Assembly: GCA_964442455.1 (NCBI GenBank)
Contig: CAYTZB010000005.1
Location: forward strand, 5,152 to 69,151
Length of the DNA stretch: 64,000 bases
Direction: 5' to 3'
From: an uncultured Gammaproteobacteria bacterium
Lineage (GTDB): Bacteria > Patescibacteriota > Microgenomatia > UBA8517 > JACQJR01
The notes below the pieces were generated by a model, which saw only the letters and a program-made list of their open reading frames with translations, was not told the origin of the DNA and made no database searches. Of this stretch, positions 29,445 through 40,800 are shown piece after piece (position 1 is the first letter of the stretch; every line of letters starts with the position of its first letter). The position numbers were made by a program, and so were the translations under genes.

Positions 29445-30420
29445 TGTTTGTTCTGAATTGAGGCACAAATTTGCCTGCCCAGTCAAGAAGCATTATAGGA
29501 AGTGACCGAAGATCACGAAGACCAAAGGAGCCAACGTAGCGACCGTTTGGTATATCGAATGCATTATATTGAGGACGAGGGGCCGGTCGAGTTGCGCTAA
29601 ATTCGTCAAATGTTATCTCTTTAATAAGACTGTGGTCGAAAGATAAACCATATTTTTCAACACTATTAACTACCATCTGGGCAAATTCAAATGGGGTAAC
29701 TACAGTAGGTGATGCAACGTGCCAAATTCCGTAATCTTCTGAGTCCGCAATACGCAATATCGCATGAGCATAATCTTCTGCGTACCCCGGTGTTATCAAT
29801 TGATCAGTAACAACGGCAAATGTCTCGCCTCTTGAGAGTCTCTGTACCACTAAACGAGGAAAATCAAGCTTCATATCTTGCTCGTGGGTAAATGGCAATT
29901 GAATACGAACAATGTGGACTTTTCCTCCTGGAGCCGTAACCCTTTGTTCAGCCTCTGCTTTTGTTTGACAATAAAACCCATCTACGGGAGCAGCGGGCTC
30001 ATCTTCTTTATGAGGACAGTTTTCTTTTAAGCCTGCCAAAACATAGTCTGTCGAGATATGAACGAGTGGTATATCAAGGGCCAGACAGGAAAGAGCAAGC
30101 CTTTGCGGTCCAGAGACATTCGTTTGCCATACCTTTCCCTCTTTATTTCCCCTCTCTTTTTCACACTCATCCACGTTTGTTTTCGCAGCAAAATTAACGA
30201 CAACTGAAGGTCTATACCGCTGGAGAAAAGAAAGCATGCGTGACACTCGCATTTCTGCAATATCGAACTCTTGGTGTGAGGGAACAATGACTTCTATGTC
30301 TTCCCTCCTGGCAGCGTTCGCGAACGATCTCCCGGTAAGTCCTGAAGCTCCTAAAACAAAGAGTGTCGGTCTTGGTTCTCCTTCTTTGCGACTATCAAAC
30401 TCTCTTCCTATGTGTACCAT
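29431..30420 (-). CDS. rmlD: dTDP-4-dehydrorhamnose reductase-like SDR
   Basis: GASGLTG, TNVDECE, HISTDYV, YCQTK, DQLITP, APRP; start uncertain. Confidence 0.75.
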   Translation of the reverse strand: MVHIGREFDSRKEGEPRPTLFVLGASGLTGRSFANAARREDIEVIVPSHQEFDIAEMRVSRMLSFLQRYRPSVVVNFAAKTNVDECEKERGNKEGKVWQTNVSGPQRLALSCLALDIPLVHISTDYVLAGLKENCPHKEDEPAAPVDGFYCQTKAEAEQRVTAPGGKVHIVRIQLPFTHEQDMKLDFPRLVVQRLSRGETFAVVTDQLITPGYAEDYAHAILRIADSEDYGIWHVASPTVVTPFEFAQMVVNSVEKYGLSFDHSLIKEITFDEFSATRPAPRPQYNAFDIPNGRYVGSFGLRDLRSLPIMLLDWAGKFVPQFRTNNAKF

Positions 30421-31144
30421 TTTTCTTTGCCCTCTGGGCTTTGGAGGCCCAGTAGGCGCTTGCCTCAAAAAGTGTTTGGAATGTTCCTGCGTCTCGCCAA
30501 AAACCGGGAAGTTCTACCCAGTGAAGTTTATTCCCTTGAATATAGAAGTTATTGACATCGGTAATTTCAAGCTGACCTCTCTTTGATGGTTTGATTTTTG
30601 AAATCTTAGTAAAAACAGTTGCATCATAAATATAAAGCCCTGTTACCGCATATGAGCTTTTAGGTACTTTTGGTTTTTCTTCAATTCTCGTGATTTGCCG
30701 CTTAGTAAATACGGGCACACCAAAACGTTGCGGATCAGGAACTTTCTTCAAGAAAATTAAAGCACCGTCAATAAAATTTTTTACCGGTTTGGTAATATCA
30801 GCATCTGTCGTATTATCTCCTAAGATAACAACAAGCGGCTCGTTACCGGCAAAGTCACGGGCGAGAGAGAGGGCATGAGCAATTCCACCGAGCGCATCAT
30901 CTTGGTAGGCATATTCAAGATGGTTAACCCCTAACTCTTTTCCATTTTGTAATACACGAATGAAATCGCCCGCATGAGGGCCACCGGTCACCACCATAAT
31001 CTCTTTTATCCCCGCATTAACCAATGTTTTAATTGGATAAAAAATCATTGGCTGGTTGTACACGGGCAGGAGATGTTTATTGGTCGCAAAGGTGAGAGGA
31101 TATAATCTCGTACCGAGTCCACCCGCTAAAACGACACCTTTCAT
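30395..31144 (-). CDS. rmlA: Glucose-1-phosphate thymidylyltransferase-like
   Basis: LAGGLGTRLYPLT, NKHLLPVY, IEEKP, RGQLEITD, WRDAGT. Confidence 0.85.
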   Translation of the reverse strand: MKGVVLAGGLGTRLYPLTFATNKHLLPVYNQPMIFYPIKTLVNAGIKEIMVVTGGPHAGDFIRVLQNGKELGVNHLEYAYQDDALGGIAHALSLARDFAGNEPLVVILGDNTTDADITKPVKNFIDGALIFLKKVPDPQRFGVPVFTKRQITRIEEKPKVPKSSYAVTGLYIYDATVFTKISKIKPSKRGQLEITDVNNFYIQGNKLHWVELPGFWRDAGTFQTLFEASAYWASKAQRAKKNGTHRKRV

Positions 31145-31147
31145 ATT

Positions 31148-31393
31148 TTACAAAAGCAGGCTTATTATAATAATACTCCCCAACAGCGCAATACCCACAT
31201 ATTCTACCACAACTTCAAAATATAAGTCATCGTGAAGGAAGTGGTGTACAATTCCCCAAGTAACGTACGAAACAGCCAGAGCAATAATCAATGCGATTTG
31301 AAAATTTTTATCCCAGGAAAAAACACTGAAGCCAACAAGCGCTATAGCAAAAAGCCCAAAAAGAACAAGATAGTGTGAAAAACGACGAGCCAT
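31148..31393 (-). CDS. Small 3-TM membrane protein
   Basis: 81-aa hydrophobic ORF tightly packed in the operon. Confidence 0.75.
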   Translation of the reverse strand: MARRFSHYLVLFGLFAIALVGFSVFSWDKNFQIALIIALAVSYVTWGIVHHFLHDDLYFEVVVEYVGIALLGSIIIISLLL

Positions 31394-31395
31394 TT

Positions 31396-31428
31396 AAATT
31401 GAAAATTGAAAATTGAAAATTGAAAATT
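31396..31428. repeat. Heptamer tandem repeat (AAATTGA)4+, intergenic
   Basis: Read directly; fills nearly the whole spacer. Confidence 0.9.
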
Positions 31429-31431
31429 TAA

Positions 31432-32427
31432 TCACAATATACTTCCTCTTTGAGTAATAAATAACATCATTCCTATACTTACCAAAAACCCGAAGTGTGC
31501 TAGATGCCTGGCTCCAATGCGTACCACTCGTGTCTCCAAAAGCGCCACTGCGTCAAAAACAAGAACAAGAAGGAGCATTCCCACTATAGTCATCCCCACA
31601 TTACGTTGGAGAGAGAATGGCGAAATAAGGGTGATGCCCGCTGCTGCTGCCAGCGGTCCCCCTGAAGCTGGAGTAGGAAGAGCAGCAACGATAGCAGCAG
31701 GGGTTGGCTGTGCCTGGGAAGAGGGTGTAACCGTTGGCGAGATAGATGCCTGCACGGTCGAAGGGACTGCCGTTGGCGCCACAGAGGGTGTCGGTTGAGG
31801 TGTTGATACAACTGGAGTGGGTTCTGTGGAGTTTTGAGCTACCTGTATGGGTGCACTACTTCCAAGCCTTGTGCCTAAAAGCTGGACAACAATGGTAGTA
31901 GGCTTTCCGCTCAGCTCGCCTTGCACCACCGCAATACCAATATCCTGATATTTTCCTGAAAGCATGTTATCTCTGTGTGTCGGGGACGCTATCCACGCAT
32001 TGACCACCTGCTCGGGCGAATCAAAGTCCCGCGCCAAGTTCTCTCCCGCATACCGATACTCGTAACCCGAACTAAGAAAAAATGTCCATGGCGTGGTCCC
32101 GTCAGGCGCCACGTGTGCCCAGTATCCTTTTGCAAGCATATCTTGCCCTTTTGCTGCCGCGGCAGATGAGAGCGTCGGGTCGAGCCGAAGAGAAGAGAAA
32201 CCTGATTGTGCCCGTTTTTGATTGGTGAGCTCGACTAACGCTTGCACAGGAAGTGAAGTAGCGGTTAATCCTAGAACTCTCGCAACATGGGTAGGCACAC
32301 GCACGACATATAACATAAGAAGGACACCCGCTATAACAAAAAGAGAAGAAGAATGTAAAATCTTAGCCTTAAAATTATTCGCGTGAGAGGGAAGCAAAAA
32401 ATGGGCAAGGATGGCAGCAGCGCTCAT
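31432..32427 (-). CDS. CAP/SCP-domain membrane protein
   Basis: LTNQKR, YWAHVAPDG, AGENLA, SPTHRDNML; P/T-rich linker; C-terminal TMs. Confidence 0.88.
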   Translation of the reverse strand: MSAAAILAHFLLPSHANNFKAKILHSSSLFVIAGVLLMLYVVRVPTHVARVLGLTATSLPVQALVELTNQKRAQSGFSSLRLDPTLSSAAAAKGQDMLAKGYWAHVAPDGTTPWTFFLSSGYEYRYAGENLARDFDSPEQVVNAWIASPTHRDNMLSGKYQDIGIAVVQGELSGKPTTIVVQLLGTRLGSSAPIQVAQNSTEPTPVVSTPQPTPSVAPTAVPSTVQASISPTVTPSSQAQPTPAAIVAALPTPASGGPLAAAAGITLISPFSLQRNVGMTIVGMLLLVLVFDAVALLETRVVRIGARHLAHFGFLVSIGMMLFITQRGSIL

Positions 32428-32513
32428 AACGTGCTTTCATTGTAACAGAGGGAAAAGTGAAAACTCAAGATACATACTGTATACTCATCTTACTTGAGTT
32501 TTCAACTTTTAAG

Positions 32514-32533
32514 CCTGCCTGCCGGCAGGCAGG
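32514..32533. repeat. Perfect 20-bp palindrome (REP-like)
   Basis: CCTGCCTGCCGGCAGGCAGG. Confidence 0.85.
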
Positions 32534-32602
32534 GTATTCGTATATACCTGTTTTACATCATTTTTAATGCAAATTAAGGTTAAACAGGTATATAATAACG
32601 CC

Positions 32603-34816
32603 ATGAAGCAAAATACCCTCTTTGAGATTAAAACACCCCGCGCAGGGAAAGAAACACCCGAGCAAGCTGCGACGGTATTTTCCGCACTCGCTTCCCAGCG
32701 GCCAACGCTCCTTTCACGGCTCACTGGAAGGCTAAAACCGTTCTTTTTTGAAATCGCAGGGTTTGACCAATCCATCCACTTTTACGCCAGCGTTCCCCAA
32801 GAAGTCGGCTCGTATTTTACTTCGCAACTTACCGCACAATATCCCCAAGCGCAAATTATCCCCGCTACCGACTACCTTACCTCTTTCCCACAAAATGAGA
32901 ACGAGGTAGCTCAACTGGCTCTTGCCAATTATTCTTATTATCCGCTGAAGGCCTGGCGAGATGTAGGCGAGGATACCGACCCGCTCTCCCCGGTGTTGGG
33001 TGTACTGGCAAACCTTAACGCACAACAACGTGCGTTGGTACAGCTAGTAGTGGTACCTGCGTCTGCCTCATGGCAGGAGAGAGGACGGGCATTCTTAACC
33101 ACTGGAATACAAACTCCTGAAGGAGGAACACGAACTCACCCCAAAGCCGCACTTGTTGAGCGCAAATTAGGAGCGAGCCAAGCGTTTGTAGTAGGAATAC
33201 GACTGCTTGTGCACGGAGAAACAAAAGCCGATGCCCAGGCTCTTCTGGGAAACCTGACTGGCTCGTTTGGTGCTTTTTCCCTAGGTGAGGGAAATGCGTT
33301 GGTGGTAAGTAATCCCTTCTTCTTTCGCAAGAAGCAGCTTGAGGGGTCAATAATAGCTCGTCTACCCAAACCCCTTCCTCAGGGAAATATCCTGACCGTT
33401 GACGAGCTTGCAACACTTTGGCATCTTCCGACAGAACCGCTGTCTAGAATTCCCACTATATCCTGGGGAGGAAAGCTCATGAGCGAGCCACCGGAAAATT
33501 TGCCCATTGGAACCTCCCAAGAGAAAGATGAAATTAACTTTTTTGCAAGAGCGGATTTTAAGGGAAAACCAACAGTATTTGGAGTGAAACGAGTGGATAG
33601 ACGCCGCCATATGTATCTGATTGGAAAAACAGGCACCGGTAAGTCGACCCTCATTGCCAATATGGCAATAAACGATATGCGAAATCGAGAGGGAGTAGCG
33701 GTAATTGACCCCCATGGGGATTTATCCGATATTTTGCTTGATTACGTACCTTCATTCCGCATTAACGACATTGTTTATTTAGACGCTGCGGACCGTAACT
33801 ACCCGTTTCACCTAAACTTGTTTGAGGGAGCAGAAAGTGGGCAACATGACTTAATTGCCTCGGGTATTGTGGCAATTTTCTACAAACTCTACCATTATTC
33901 GTGGGGACCTCGACTTGAGTATGTATTCAGAAATGCTATCTTAACGCTGCTTGAACAACCCGGCTCAACGCTTGTTGATATACCACGCCTCTTAACCGAC
34001 CGCGGTTTTCGGGAGAAGATTGTCTCACAAAGTAAAGACCGGATACTTGTCAACTTTTGGAAAAAAGAGTTTGAGGGAATGGGTGAAAGACTGCAAGCCG
34101 AGACAATCTCCCCAATTCTCAATAAAGTTGGACAATTTGTCTCTTCTCCGCTCATTCGCAATATTATAGGGCATCCGCGCTCAACAATTAACTTAGGAAA
34201 AATTATGAATGAAGGGAAAATTTTAGTCCTCAATTTGTCACAGGGAAAATTGGGAGAAGACAACTCATCACTTTTGGGAGCAATGGTCGTTACCAAACTT
34301 CAGCTTGCTGCCATGGAGCGAGTGAATGTTCCGGAGAGCGAGCGGCGGGACTTTTTCTTGTATGTTGATGAGTTTCAAAATTTTGCCACCACCTCATTTA
34401 TCAAGATTCTCTCTGAAGCACGAAAATATCGGCTGTCTTTAGTCCTTGCCAATCAATATATTGCACAAGTCCCTGAAGATGTCCAAAAGGCAATCTTAGG
34501 CAATGTTGGTAGCTTGGTCTCGTTCGTGGTGAGTGCGCAGGACGCGCACGTTTTGGCGCAAGAATTCGGCGACGTGTATAAAGAAGAGGACTTAGTCGCG
34601 CTTGATAATTGGCAAGTCGTTGTAAAAATGGCAATTGAGGGGAAAACTTCCCGTCCCTTCGTAGCCACCACTCTGCCACTGCCTCGTTCACGCAACAAAA
34701 ACCGTGCAAAAATCATTAACGTATCGCGGGAACGCTATGCAAAACCGCTCACTGCTCACACCTCACAAGCTCATGCGGCTGAGGAAGTAGTTCTCTACAA
34801 AGCACAGAATCGCTAA
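32603..34816 (+). CDS. VirD4/TraG/DUF87-like P-loop ATPase
   Basis: Walker A GKTGTGKST, IDPHGD, Walker B YVDEFQN, EARKY; start moved to MKQN (6 nt after TATAAT). Confidence 0.85.
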   Translation: MKQNTLFEIKTPRAGKETPEQAATVFSALASQRPTLLSRLTGRLKPFFFEIAGFDQSIHFYASVPQEVGSYFTSQLTAQYPQAQIIPATDYLTSFPQNENEVAQLALANYSYYPLKAWRDVGEDTDPLSPVLGVLANLNAQQRALVQLVVVPASASWQERGRAFLTTGIQTPEGGTRTHPKAALVERKLGASQAFVVGIRLLVHGETKADAQALLGNLTGSFGAFSLGEGNALVVSNPFFFRKKQLEGSIIARLPKPLPQGNILTVDELATLWHLPTEPLSRIPTISWGGKLMSEPPENLPIGTSQEKDEINFFARADFKGKPTVFGVKRVDRRRHMYLIGKTGTGKSTLIANMAINDMRNREGVAVIDPHGDLSDILLDYVPSFRINDIVYLDAADRNYPFHLNLFEGAESGQHDLIASGIVAIFYKLYHYSWGPRLEYVFRNAILTLLEQPGSTLVDIPRLLTDRGFREKIVSQSKDRILVNFWKKEFEGMGERLQAETISPILNKVGQFVSSPLIRNIIGHPRSTINLGKIMNEGKILVLNLSQGKLGEDNSSLLGAMVVTKLQLAAMERVNVPESERRDFFLYVDEFQNFATTSFIKILSEARKYRLSLVLANQYIAQVPEDVQKAILGNVGSLVSFVVSAQDAHVLAQEFGDVYKEEDLVALDNWQVVVKMAIEGKTSRPFVATTLPLPRSRNKNRAKIINVSRERYAKPLTAHTSQAHAAEEVVLYKAQNR

Positions 34817-37800
34817 TTATTCGCGGGGACGACGGGGCCAAAAAACCAAAGCACCAATAACTACTATAAGAATTACACCGAGGGCGAGTAAACGATTACC
34901 AGAAAGCCGTTCAAGTAATCCGCCCTGTTCTTCCCCAACAGGAGTTGGTGCCGCCGAAGGTGTCGGAGTTGCTTCTCCTCCCAAAATCTCACCCTCGCTT
35001 GGTTCTTCTTTCGGTAAAATCTTTACCTCTCCAACACCACCAGCAACTGCCCCAGTAGTCGTTGCGGCCGACGCCAGCACTGCTCCGGCGGTAACCTGTG
35101 CCTCTTGATCAGCAACTATGCCTGAGCCATTTCCTGCATGGTCAACTGCCCGCAGAGCGTAAAAGTATGTCTTTCCACTCTCAAGGCCAAAATTATCCCA
35201 TGACATTTGCTGGTCAGGTGCTCCTCCTACCTCTCCCACTTTAGTTCCCCCATCAGCTGTAAACTCCGGTTTATCCGAGCGGTAAATAAACACTCTGCTG
35301 AAATCAGAATCGCCCGGGTTTTTCCAGAAAAGACGGTAGCTTGAGTCAGAAGGTCTTTCCTTCCTGTACTCTTGAACTCCTGATGGTCCTGAGTGGTCAA
35401 AATTTGTATTGGTCTCGTCAGCAGAAGTATCCGCTCCGCCAGTCACCTCAACTCGAAAGATATATTTCCCTTGACCGTCATAGAAATCAGCGCCTGTTAC
35501 CAAAACTTTATTGGTTGCGCCAGTTGTTGAGGAGTTAACCAAACTTCTAAATGTTCCACCATCCTTCTTGACGAAGAAGTTGGCTGTTACAGAATCGCCC
35601 TCTATGTCAAGCGCAGTATAGGAGATGTAGAAAGTATCTGTATTGGTGTAGGAAGGCAAGTCGAGTATATCAACGGTCACTGCCGCTTTGGCTGGCGAAA
35701 CCTGTGCAACAAATATGAAGAGCAACAGTACAACTACGCTACCCAAAAACTTTTTCCAAAGACCACTCTTTTTTGCTCTTCCTTTTCTTCTTGGTGCAAG
35801 TGCCAGGCCGAGGCGTCTCAAACCAAATCCTGCTCCCAAGAGGAAGCCAACATATACAAGCCAGACAGTATTAGCACCGGCTGCCGGAAGTTCTGTTACT
35901 GCAGCAAGCACTTGTGGCTGGTGAATATCGTATGAGATGAAGACACCCTTTCCTATCGGGACCGATGAACGGACAATATTACTTTGGAATGTGTCACTTC
36001 CCGTACCCTGGGCAAAGGCAAGGTTTGTGTGGGTACCGGCATGAATATCACTTGCAATAACCGCCTTATAGGTAACAGTCAAGGATGCAGTGCCAGCAAT
36101 ATCTCCAAGATTATTCCAGGTTAAGATGTTGCCTGAGACTGAGTCGGGGTCAGCAGGCGTTCCTGTCAAAGGAATAAATGTAAATCCGCTAGGCAAGACA
36201 TCAACTAATCTGACATCATGCAGTGTTCCACCACCGGTATTGGTAATGACCAATGTATATGTGACCACATCCGAACCAGAAGCACTGGAGGTATGGTCAT
36301 TTGTCTTGGTAAGCGAAATGCCAGGAAGTAATTTTTGGTTGGTAAAGGTACAAGTGACACCATCTGTGGTCAAGTTCACAACAATCTCATTGGTAGTACC
36401 GCTTGTCTCGTCCGAACAACTCCAGGAAACTAAGCCAAATTCTTCTTGTAGGTCTTCTGAAATTGTATAGCTTTCGGTTGGTAGGGTGCGGGTTTGGCCT
36501 GTCGCAATATTCTGCTCAACACCTGCTATATCCCATGTCCAGTTAGTTGCGCCAATTATGTCTTCTTCATCATTCAAATCGCCGTCTCCATTTGCATCCA
36601 CGTTCTTGAGAACAGTCAAATCTCCTGTATCCCGCGCATTACAGAGAGTAATCTCGGCACTCTGGTCTTCTTCTACTGTTATGCTTGCTGGGAGTTCTGC
36701 ATTTTCTGGATCCTCACAAGTTCCTTCTCCCTCAAACCAACCAACGAAGTGGTAACCAAGAACATTATTTTCTGAAACATCGTATGTTCCTGTATCAAGG
36801 GGACCAGCACTTTCTCCCATTTCTCTTTCCGGTGTTTCCTCATCAATTCCCCAACGGAAGCCCAGTTCATTTGCTACATCATTATCGCCCTCAAAGCTAC
36901 CGTCACCGTTGGTATCTACTTGTTTATTGACTACGATTTCTCCAATATCACGGGTGTTTGTAATCGTGCAGGTTACATCCTCACCCTCATCAAGGATAAC
37001 TGTCCCACCAAGCACTTCTGGGCATTTCTCGTCTCCGGTAATTGATGTAAAGCTGTAACCTTCTAGCCCGTCCTCGTCAATTGCGATTGGAGTATTCGCA
37101 TCAACCTCGGTTGCAAAACCAGATAATACTCCTATGTCATCAACCAGGAGACCGAAATCGTCTGGGTCTGCATTCCCGCCAATAACTTCTTTAATAAGAG
37201 TAATTGTTGGAATAATATCATCGTTGGTTATGGTACAAGAGATATTTTCTCCTTCATCCAAGGTAACTGTTCCACCAAGAGTATTTGGACACTTAGCATC
37301 CCCTGTAATAGATACAAAGTTGTAGCCGTCAAGAACAGTCTCATTGATTGTGTGAGGTTGATTGGCAGAAACTTGGGTTGTGGAACCCGATAAGACAACG
37401 TTCCCATCTATTGTTGGGTCAAAATCGTTAGGCTGCGCATTACCACCGTTATTATTTACAACAACCTTAGTAAGTGTAATGGTTGGACCAACATCGTTGT
37501 TTGTGATAGTACACGTAATACTTTCTCCTTCATCAAGAGTTACAGTTCCGCCAAGAATTTCTGGGCATTTTGCATCTCCTGAAATCGAAACGAAGGAATA
37601 ACCTGTTAGTCCAACTTCGTTAATTACTATTGGGGTATTAGCGGAAACCGTGGTTGTAGCTCCGGACAAGACCGCTGAACCACCAACTGAAATTCCAAAA
37701 TCGTCTGAACCTGCATTACCTCCATTATCATTGATTACTTCCTTAATTAAGGTTATGGATGGAGCTATATCATCGTTGGTTATAGTACAAGTGACGCTTT

Positions 37801-40800
37801 CTCCTTCATCCAAAGTTACTGTTCCTCCCAACTGAGTGGGACATCCTTCCCCTGCTATAGAAACGAATTCGTAACCGGTTAAACCAGCTTCGTTGATTGC
37901 AACTGAAGTGTTGGCGTCAACTTCTATTGTTTGACCAGAGGTTACAGGAACGCCTCCTATTGTAAGTCCAAAATTGTTTACGCCGGCATTTCCACCATTA
38001 TCGTTGATTACGTTCTTGATAAGAGTAACTGTTGGACCAACATCATTGTTTGTGATAGTACAAGTTTTGGTCTGCCCAAAAGCAATCGTGCCTGAACAAT
38101 CCTGGGATAAGCTCTTGGTATAGCCTGAAACTGAATCCTCATCAACGCTGTAAGACCCGGCGTCCAGCGTGACTGTAGTTCCATTTTCATCACCTTGGAA
38201 CGAAGAGTCGCTTACATTGGTTCCGGTAACATTTATATTAAAGTCACTCGCAACGTTATCTCCGCCGTTGTTATTAATTACGTGTTTAATAACAATTAAT
38301 TGTGCGGATACCTGTTTGTTTGTTACGTAAACATTGAAAGTTCCACCGCTTGAGACTGTTACAACCCCTCCATCGCTTATTGAAACTAGCTGATAACCAG
38401 TTGGTGCTGTAGCTTCCGTTATAGTGTATGTACCGGGTCCCAAATCAGGGTAAGTTGCATCTGTTCCTTCTGCAATAGCCTTTGGAGTGCCTCCGTTAAG
38501 CAACGAAGTAAACTCTGTTGAATTTGAAACATCTGTAGTCCCATCTGTGCCAAGAACGTTTTTATGAACAATAATTTGAGCGTTTTGGAAGTTTACGAAA
38601 GTGAAAACGTAGTTGCTGCCGCTTGTTGCTTGACCAAAACTGTGGGTTGTATCGCCAAGATTTGTCCAGCCTCCCGGGGTCTCTTCTGAAACTCCGTATG
38701 TGTGCCCCGGGCCCAAGTTTGTCCATGTATAACAACCATCTTCTTCGGTTGTTTGAGTATCGCTTACTTGACTATCAACCAAAAGTTTAACGGTCCAACC
38801 AGATTTATTTGTCTGGTCACCCGTAGTTCCTATATCTCCATCAGCGTCTATTACCTTACAAGCTTTAACGCTTACATTCTTAAAGTTTATAAAGTTTTGC
38901 TCTGTAACACTCCCACCTGGAGTAAGGGTGACGTTCTTGAAAACTGCAGTTAACGCCGTCCAACCAGCTTGTAGAACTTCTTTTACTTGATAATAGCCAG
39001 GAATAATACTCGAGAAACTATATGAACCGTCTGAAGCTGTATTTATGGTTTGAGATAAGACACAGCCGGTAAAGTCTGAAGCACAACTCCAAAGCTCAAT
39101 CGCCCAGCCAATTAATCCTGTCTGGTCGCCGCTAGTCAATAGACTTCCATCTGTGTCCTCAAATTTAAATCCTGAAATAGAGCCTACATTTTGATAATTG
39201 ACAAACGTGATGATTAGATTTTGATTACTGGCAAGAGTTTGAGTTGTCCCATTACTGGCGTTTGTATCATTATCCGGGTTTATATTATTTAGGGTATAAC
39301 CTGCCGTCACTATTTCTGAAAATGTGTACGTGCCGGGGGCAAGGGTATAAACGGCATTAAGACCCTCGTGGAAATCTTTATTATCTCCGCCACCTCTTTG
39401 AACTACGAAATTTGTGCTATCCAAGACATCATTCCCATTTGGATCGCGGACGTCTTTAACAATGGTTACAATAGCGTTCTTTTGCTTGTTTGTACAAGTA
39501 ACAGTTATAGTTCCGTTGCTGGAAACGGTAACTTGAGCTCCGTCTCCGGGAGTTTGGTTTGCGTCCGGAGTACAAGAAACATAAGTGTAATTTGAGTCTT
39601 CTACTTCTGTAATCGAGTAGCTACCCGGATTAACAGGATAGCTAGCAGTCAGGGTTTCTGAGAAGCTTTGATTATTTGCCCCATTTAGTTGTGCTGTAAA
39701 GGCATGATTATCAGAAACATCCGAGCCATCCGGAGCACGAACATCTTTAACAACGTTAATGGTTGCTTTCTTTTGCTTGTTGACAACATTAACGGTTTGC
39801 TGCTCGCCAGGCCCAACAACAACCTGTGTACCACCAGCACCCGTGTCTTCGTCTGGTGTGATGCTTACCAAATCATAATCCGGATCAGGACTTTCAGTTA
39901 TTGCGTATGTTCCTGGGACAACCGTGAATACGCCGTTGTCACCCTCCCCAATTTGGTCTGACTGACTGCCAACATTGACTGTGAATTGATGTGTATCTGA
40001 AACCTCTCCGCCATCTGGATTAAGAACATCTTTAATTACTGTTATGGTCGCATTTTGCTGGCGGTTGACAACGAATACATCTGTAGTTTGTCCCGGAGTA
40101 ACCGTCACTTGGGCACCGCTTGTCCCCCCATCATTATCCGGAGTAATACTGAATAAGGCATAACCTGTTGGCGGGGTATCCTCTGTAATTGTGTGTGTAC
40201 CTGCGGTAATGTCAGTGTAAGTAAAAGTTTCCCCGTCGGTGAGGAATTGAGGATTGGCACTGTCTAGTCTGACCGTAAAGTTTTGAGAAGTATCGGTTAT
40301 CGCTTCACCATTTGGACCCTGAACATCTTTATGAACAATAATTGTTCCAGTGTTTAGGGCGTTATGAAAGGTACAAGTGGCGTTAGTTGGCGGTTTACCT
40401 GCGGCTACTGTGGCAGTAGCTGTCGAACCATTAAAGGTGCAACTTGTGCCAGTACCACTTGCAAACGTATAGCCTGCGGGGCCACTTTCGGTAACGGTGT
40501 AATTCCCATCAGGAGAAACATTGTTAATGGTCACAGAGTTTTGACCTGGAGGTATGGGGTAGACTGATTGCCCATTAATTGCCGGTGTAATGGTAAACGA
40601 CCACTGATCAGAAGTTGCGCTACCACTATCCACAATCTTGCTCAATGTAATCGAAGGTAACTGCAGTAATTGGTTGACTGGGATCGGAATATTTTCTTGA
40701 CCACCCTGGGCTGTTCTTATACTCATCGAAGAACCATTAAACTGACTTGCATCCAAACCCAGTCTGCCGCAGAAAAGCATGTAAACAGTATTATGGGAGG

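Noticed and set aside
32603-34816. Conjugative element or ICE
   Set aside because: No relaxase, integrase or other T4SS genes nearby
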